Positions 27,808 through 32,867 of a DNA stretch of 32,867 nucleotides are shown here, in pieces. The stretch's first letter is position 1; the number at the start of each line of letters is the position of its first letter. Below the pieces are notes generated by a model. The model saw only the letters and a program-made list of their open reading frames with translations. It was not told the DNA's origin and made no database searches. Position numbers and translations under genes: made by a program. The DNA is from Spirochaetales bacterium (GTDB lineage Bacteria > Spirochaetota > Spirochaetia > Treponematales > UBA12059): NCBI GenBank assembly GCA_016928955.1, contig JAFGJV010000020.1, positions 1 to 32,867 of the forward strand. The letters are read 5' to 3'.

Positions 27808-30554
27808 ATGAACTTGTTCGCCCGCGCCGCTTCCAGAAGGCGCCGGTTCCAGTAGTTTTTTTCCATGTACAGGGCGCGCATGGCCCTGTCCTCTATGCGG
27901 CCCGAGCGCTGCTGGAGGACCTTGAAGGCCCGCGATAGCACGGTCTGCTTGTCCACCGGCGGCTCGGCAAGGCCTTCCTCAAGCAGGTAGCAGAGGAAGG
28001 AATAGGTGCCGGTGCCGGGGTTCTGGCGGGAGGGTTTTTCGGCGCGGAGGTGGGCGTACAGCTCGGTTGCCTGGACCGGGTCGGCGTTGGCCAGGCCCGT
28101 CGCGTACCAGGACAGGACCTTGCGCAGTTCCTCCAGGGCCGCTCCCGTGCCGCCGAATTCTATGCAGCTGTCCTCTATGTCCGCAAAACCGGAATCCCAG
28201 GAGAAGGCATCGGCGGGCCGGAAGGGCCTGGCCTTGGGGCTGTCCGGCTGGGTCAGCCAAGCCAGGGCGTCCCGGGGGCGGCCGCGCAGCAGGTCCAGTT
28301 CGCCAAGGAAGACCCTGGCCTCCGTATCGTCTGGCAGGCTTCTGAGCTCGTCCTCGGCGTCGCCGTAGGAGCCGGCGTAGGCCAGCGCCCTGGCTTTCCA
28401 TACGCGGGCGCGCCTGGCCAGATCGGGCAGGGCGTAGGTGTCGCCGCTTTGGGCCAGGGAGTCCAGCCTGCGGGCGGCTTCGTCGTACGAACCCAGCTCG
28501 AATTCTATCCTGCCCGTGAGGAAGTCCACCGCCGAGAGGGCCTCCACATGGAACATGAGCGACGCCGATTCCCGGGCGGACTCGGCCAGCCTGCCGGCGC
28601 GCACCAGGGAGCCGGTCATGAACTCGGCCACGCAGCGCCCGTACATGGCCATGAAGCGCTCGTACTCGTCGCCTCCGGCCTCGGCCAGCTCCTGGGCGTT
28701 GACCAGGTAATCGGAAGCTTCCTGGAAGCGCTCCATGGCCAGGGCGGACAGGCCCATCATGCGGTGGGCGCGCGTCTCCAGCTTGGCAGGGGCGCCCTTG
28801 CCCATGGCAAGCAGGGCTTCCCGCGCGCCCTTGGCCGAGCGCTCGGCGTCACCCTGGGCATAGGCCAGCTCCGAGCGGGCCAGACCGCGGAGGGCGTCGG
28901 CCCGGGGCCCGGCAAAGGCGGCGTCGCCGGCCGCAGCCAGCTCGGCCGCCGGACGGTCCCGGCGCGCAAGGGCCGCCCAGAAACCGTGAACGGCCCTGGA
29001 CGAGGGGGACAGGAATTCCAGGCGATCGTAGTCATCCGGAGGGGCGGCAAGTGCGTCGGCGAACAGGCAGTCGTATAAGAGGCCCTCTTCCCGCTCGCGC
29101 TCTCCCACCCGCTGGAGCATACCCAGGGACGGCCGCACGGCCCGTTCCCTGTACAGGGCGGTCAGGTAATCGGCGAACTGCGCGTCGCAGGCCGCCGCCC
29201 CGTCCAGGCCCGCGGCTACCCTGATGATGGCATCGTCCACGGGCTGGAGTATGGCCAGGGGCTCGGCGGGGTCCGCGAGCCCCGCGCGCCGCAAGAGCTC
29301 GCCCAGGACCCTGACGCCCTCGTCTGACAGGCCCGTGGAGCGGAAAAAGCCCGCGGTTTGGTCGGCCGACAAGACGCCATCGGCCAGTCCTATGGCGTGC
29401 AGGTGGATGGCCGCTTCCCTGGGGATGATGGACAGGACGGCGGCCGCTCCCCCGCCCTCGCGGTGGGCGTTCCGGCGCCCGGACAGGGCCGCGCACCGCC
29501 GTTCCAGTTTGTCTTTGGCAAGCTGGTCGCAGTCGCCCAGGGCCGTGTGAATGGCTCCCGCCACGGCCATGGACTCGGGGGCGTCCAGGCGTATGGCCAC
29601 GGACCAGGGACCCAACAGGGCATCCGGGGGATTGGCTGAGTCAAGGGTAAGGTAGCGTTCCCTGCCCCGGCCGTCCCTGAGGCGTTCCGCTATGAGCGCC
29701 ACGGCCTCTGGGGAAAAATTCTCCGGCGAGTCGCACACCAGGAGGGCCGGACCCAGGGCGTCCAGAGCCTCATGGATGCTGGATGCGCACGCCCTGGCCA
29801 GGGCCTGGCCCGGTTGCCCCGCGTAGGGAGCCTGGGCGGCCGCCTGGAAGGCAGGCCTGTCCTCGGGCGGGGCGAGGGCGGTGGTCAGGGGGTAAAAAGC
29901 CTTGGTGCCGTTGCGTGGCGACCTGAGCGCCAGGGTGGCTGGGGCCCCCGGCAGGGCTGCCAGGGCCTGGGCAAAGGCCGCCGGCGAGCGGGTGGGGCGA
30001 TACCCGGTCAGGGCGACCAGTCGCTCGTCGCGCGTCACTATGGCCGGCAGGGCGGCAAAGGCGGGATCGGGCGACGAGCCGAGGGTGAGCATCTTACCGG
30101 CGTCGGCGGAACCCAGGGCTATCCGGTGAAGGGGTTCCACCCACTCGGTGGGATTGGCCATGCTGTTCCTGGGGAAATGGTCCTTGAAAACGGTCTGGGC
30201 TTCCGGACTGAATGCGCAGGGTAGGTCCTGGGTCAGGGCCAGGCGTTGGGCGTCAAAGAATCCGAGCGTGTCCTCAAGGGACGGGCCGTGGTGCACGGCC
30301 AGGGTGACGCCCCTGAGCCCGGGAGCCGCCTCGGCCACGGCCGCATGCAGGCGGGCCAGCGCCTCAGCGGCCAGGAATACGTCAAACGCCTTGTGGTCCG
30401 GGAAGGACAGCACCAGGGGCGACGAGCGGGCTGAAGCCTGGGCGCCAAAATCCGAGGCCAGCGCCCGCAACGACGCCAGGAGCCCGGCCGCCGTCTCGTG
30501 TCCCGCTCGCTCCAGCTGGGGAAGGTAATCGATGGATACGCCAAAAAAGATCAT
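27804..30554 (-). CDS. Large hypothetical protein with C-terminal TPR-like helical repeats
   Basis: 916 aa from ATG 30554 (GAGG upstream). The C-terminal ~350 aa show Ala-rich TPR-like pairs such as AHRMMGLSALAMERFQEASDYLVNAQELA. ATGA overlap with the methyltransferase. Confidence 0.8.
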   Translation of the reverse strand: MIFFGVSIDYLPQLERAGHETAAGLLASLRALASDFGAQASARSSPLVLSFPDHKAFDVFLAAEALARLHAAVAEAAPGLRGVTLAVHHGPSLEDTLGFFDAQRLALTQDLPCAFSPEAQTVFKDHFPRNSMANPTEWVEPLHRIALGSADAGKMLTLGSSPDPAFAALPAIVTRDERLVALTGYRPTRSPAAFAQALAALPGAPATLALRSPRNGTKAFYPLTTALAPPEDRPAFQAAAQAPYAGQPGQALARACASSIHEALDALGPALLVCDSPENFSPEAVALIAERLRDGRGRERYLTLDSANPPDALLGPWSVAIRLDAPESMAVAGAIHTALGDCDQLAKDKLERRCAALSGRRNAHREGGGAAAVLSIIPREAAIHLHAIGLADGVLSADQTAGFFRSTGLSDEGVRVLGELLRRAGLADPAEPLAILQPVDDAIIRVAAGLDGAAACDAQFADYLTALYRERAVRPSLGMLQRVGEREREEGLLYDCLFADALAAPPDDYDRLEFLSPSSRAVHGFWAALARRDRPAAELAAAGDAAFAGPRADALRGLARSELAYAQGDAERSAKGAREALLAMGKGAPAKLETRAHRMMGLSALAMERFQEASDYLVNAQELAEAGGDEYERFMAMYGRCVAEFMTGSLVRAGRLAESARESASLMFHVEALSAVDFLTGRIEFELGSYDEAARRLDSLAQSGDTYALPDLARRARVWKARALAYAGSYGDAEDELRSLPDDTEARVFLGELDLLRGRPRDALAWLTQPDSPKARPFRPADAFSWDSGFADIEDSCIEFGGTGAALEELRKVLSWYATGLANADPVQATELYAHLRAEKPSRQNPGTGTYSFLCYLLEEGLAEPPVDKQTVLSRAFKVLQQRSGRIEDRAMRALYMEKNYWNRRLLEAARANKFI

Positions 30555-30646
30555 GCGCCTGCCTCGACAGCGGATTGTTATGGAAGAAACGGAGGCCCAC
30601 GGCCAGTCCGGATGGCATCCGGGCATGGCATAACGCCTGCCCGGGC

Positions 30647-30675
30647 ATTATAGTCGATAGCGAGCGGGGCGGGAA
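30647..30675 (-). promoter_or_regulatory. Sigma70-type promoter of the TPR-methyltransferase operon
   Basis: Minus strand TTCCCG, 17 nt, perfect TATAAT (30652-30647). Confidence 0.55.
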
Positions 30676-30693
30676 GCGCGTATGTGATGCCCT

Positions 30694-30720
30694 CCCCGGA
30701 CGAGGCCGCCGGGGTTTTTT
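30694..30720 (+). terminator. Terminator-like hairpin in a divergent intergenic region
   Basis: CCCCGG (30694-30699) pairs with CCGGGG (30709-30714), followed by T6. Confidence 0.5.
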
Positions 30721-30723
30721 GGC

Positions 30724-30753
30724 TTGACCATATTTTTTTGACCATGCTACACT
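30724..30753 (+). promoter_or_regulatory. Sigma70-type promoter of the PP2C-STAS operon with a direct repeat
   Basis: TTGACC (30724-30729), 18 nt, TACACT (30748-30753), with a TGn extension. TTGACCAT occurs at 30724 and 30738. Confidence 0.65.
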
Positions 30754-30818
30754 TGCGTCCAAAGGGATGGAGCCGTAGCACGGCGCTCGTCATCCCGTTT
30801 CCGTATCAAGGGTAGCCC

Positions 30819-32771
30819 ATGGCCATCAGCTCGCTCGTCCAGGTTCTCGAGTCGCCGCTCGTGGCGCACATTCTCGTCCTGGCCGTTCTGTCGGCCTTGT
30901 TCCTGTACATCAGGTCCAAGGAAGCGGAAGGGCATTCCGCCGTCTACCTGTATAGTCTGGGTTTCCTGGCGGCGCGCAGCCTGGCGTACGCCTTTTTCCC
31001 GTACCAGGAATTGTTCTTCCTGACCGACGTGGCGTACCTGTGCTTCTTCATGTACATCTTCATGATGCCCTGCAAGGTGGCACGCCCCGCGCTATTCCCT
31101 AGCTTGGCGCTCAACGTCGTGGTAGCCGCGCTTTTTGCCCTACGGCTGTTTACCGATGTGGCCGTGGGCGTGCCCGGCTGGTTGTTCAGACTGGTACTGG
31201 TGCTGGACGCGCTTCTGGTTTTGATCTTTGCCTTCATACGGCGCAAGGTGCGCAAAGAAACCATAGCCCGGCAGATAGTCGGGAAAATCTGGCCGGTTGC
31301 CGTTCCCATCGTCCTGGTCTACGTGGCCGCGGGCATGATCCTGGGGTACGAAGACGCCGTGTTCCAGGGCGTGGTGGCCCCGGTTTCCTACTTGTGGTAC
31401 GTGGCCGCCATCCTGGCCACCCTGCGGGCCCAGGACGATCAGCTGATTGACGCCGTGTCGTACTACGAAGGATCCATAGACAGCCTATACAACATGTTCC
31501 TGAGCACGGGCACGGTGCTCAAAGGCGATTTCACCATGGACCAGGTCATGGGCGCCATGAACGAGGCCTTTACCGCCGAAACCGCCGCGGACGGCGGCGT
31601 GATTTTCCTGGTGGACGAATTCGACGACCTGATCGTGTGCAAGGCGTACACGGGCAGTTTCCCGCCGCCGGTGCCCCTGCCTGAAAACCTGCCGCGTAAG
31701 CAGAACCGTGTGGAGTCGTTCATGAAGCACGCCCAGTTCCGCCTGGGCGAGGGCCTCTTTGGCGACATAGCAAAAACCGGCAAAAACGTGTACATACCCA
31801 GCGTGGAGGGCGACGCGCGCATCACCCTGAACGGCGAGGAAGACTTCCTCAAGCTGCGCTCGCTGATGGCCGTGCCCCTGATGGTGGAGGAGCGCATCAT
31901 AGGCGTGGCCGCCATGGCCAGGAAAAGCGGCAATGACGGGTTCACGGAGGCCGAGTTCGACCGCTTCAAGCTATTGGCCAACTTCGGCACCCTGACCATC
32001 AGCAACTTCTTCTCGTTCCTGGCCGCCAGCGAAAAGAGCGGCATAGAGCGTTCGGCGGGCATAGCCGCGGAAATCCAGAAGAGCATCATACCCAAGAAAA
32101 TCCCGCAGTTCTCCAGCCTGGGCGTCGGGGCGTTCACCATACCCGCTCCGGGCGTGTCGGGCGACTATTTCGACGTCATCCAGACCCGGGCGGACCGGGT
32201 GGTGTGCGTGGTTGGCGACGTGGCCGGCAAGGGCGTGTCCGCGGCCCTCATCATGGTGATGATCCGCTCCATCCTCCACCTGATCACCAACACCAACAAG
32301 GACATAGCCACCGTACTCAACTGGGTGAACAAGGGCATTACTGGCAAGATAGAGCTGGACCACTACGCCACCCTCGGGATCGTGGCGGTGAACGTGGTTA
32401 CCGGCGAGATGGAATACGCCAACGCGTCTCACCAGCCCGTGCTGGTGTACCGCAGGGCCAGCGACAGCATAGAGTCGCTTGAGCTCAAGAGCGTGCCCAT
32501 AGGCGTGGAGCGGACCACGGAGTACGGGCGCAAGGCCCTCAGGCTGTCCGACGGGGACATCGTCGTCCTGTACACGGACGGCATCATCGAGGCCATGAAC
32601 GAGCAGGGCAAGCAATACGGGCGCCGCGGCCTGTCGCAGGTGGTTACCCGCAACCGCGACCTTGCGCCCAAGGAAATAGTGGCTAAAATTAAGAGCGACC
32701 TATCCGCGTTCGTCGGTTCGGTACGCCAGCACGACGACCAGACGGTTCTCGTACTCAAAATGAAGCTTTAG
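30819..32771 (+). CDS. Membrane-bound GAF + PP2C (SpoIIE/RsbU-family) phosphatase
   Basis: About six N-terminal TM segments; GAF (GEGLFG...SLMAVPL...IIGV); PP2C motifs VSGDYFD, GDVAGKG, YTDGIIEA and HDDQT. Confidence 0.92.
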   Translation: MAISSLVQVLESPLVAHILVLAVLSALFLYIRSKEAEGHSAVYLYSLGFLAARSLAYAFFPYQELFFLTDVAYLCFFMYIFMMPCKVARPALFPSLALNVVVAALFALRLFTDVAVGVPGWLFRLVLVLDALLVLIFAFIRRKVRKETIARQIVGKIWPVAVPIVLVYVAAGMILGYEDAVFQGVVAPVSYLWYVAAILATLRAQDDQLIDAVSYYEGSIDSLYNMFLSTGTVLKGDFTMDQVMGAMNEAFTAETAADGGVIFLVDEFDDLIVCKAYTGSFPPPVPLPENLPRKQNRVESFMKHAQFRLGEGLFGDIAKTGKNVYIPSVEGDARITLNGEEDFLKLRSLMAVPLMVEERIIGVAAMARKSGNDGFTEAEFDRFKLLANFGTLTISNFFSFLAASEKSGIERSAGIAAEIQKSIIPKKIPQFSSLGVGAFTIPAPGVSGDYFDVIQTRADRVVCVVGDVAGKGVSAALIMVMIRSILHLITNTNKDIATVLNWVNKGITGKIELDHYATLGIVAVNVVTGEMEYANASHQPVLVYRRASDSIESLELKSVPIGVERTTEYGRKALRLSDGDIVVLYTDGIIEAMNEQGKQYGRRGLSQVVTRNRDLAPKEIVAKIKSDLSAFVGSVRQHDDQTVLVLKMKL

Positions 32772-32787
32772 CGGAAGGAGCGGATGC

Positions 32788-32867
32788 ATGGAGCTCAAGA
32801 TCCGGAAGAGCGGTGAGAACTACATCATCGACGTAAACGGGGAGATGGACCTCTACAACTCCTACAA
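32788..32867 (+). CDS. STAS-domain anti-sigma-factor antagonist (5' partial; runs off the window)
   Basis: AAGGAG RBS; MELKIRKSGENYIIDVNGEMDLYNSY matches the STAS N-terminal GE(M/L)D pattern; follows a PP2C gene. Confidence 0.8.
   Translation, partial: MELKIRKSGENYIIDVNGEMDLYNSY

Overview
This is a GC-rich (roughly two-thirds GC by eye) bacterial chromosomal window made mostly of core genes. Gene order and several small conserved ORFs suggest a spirochaete (Spirochaetia); this is an inference. Contents in order: long-chain acyl-CoA ligase and a Dus-family gene (-); rpsP-khpA-rimM-trmD-rplS, followed by a FliK/YlqG-like ORF, a stand-alone FlhB-C-like ORF, an HD-GYP protein, YraN and two small hypotheticals (+); an alpha-2-macroglobulin lipoprotein and pbpC (+); serS (-); a 58-aa four-Cys ORF missing from the ORF track, then prfA-prmC-rel (+); a two-gene exported M16 peptidase (-); mtgA (+); an RlmM-like methyltransferase coupled to a large TPR protein (-); and a membrane GAF-PP2C phosphatase with the start of a STAS gene (+). 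I saw no tRNA, rRNA, CRISPR array or mobile element. The best leads are a long RSH whose hydrolase motifs are all degenerate while the synthetase keeps RxKD, an apparent pseudo-cyclase/pseudo-NTPase/TPR protein coupled to an RNA methyltransferase, a pbpC-linked macroglobulin lacking the thioester motif, a possible orphan flagellar regulatory module, and several regulatory signals (operator palindrome, internal promoters, leaderless starts, an orphan terminator). All family calls come from motif recognition by eye; no database search was run.
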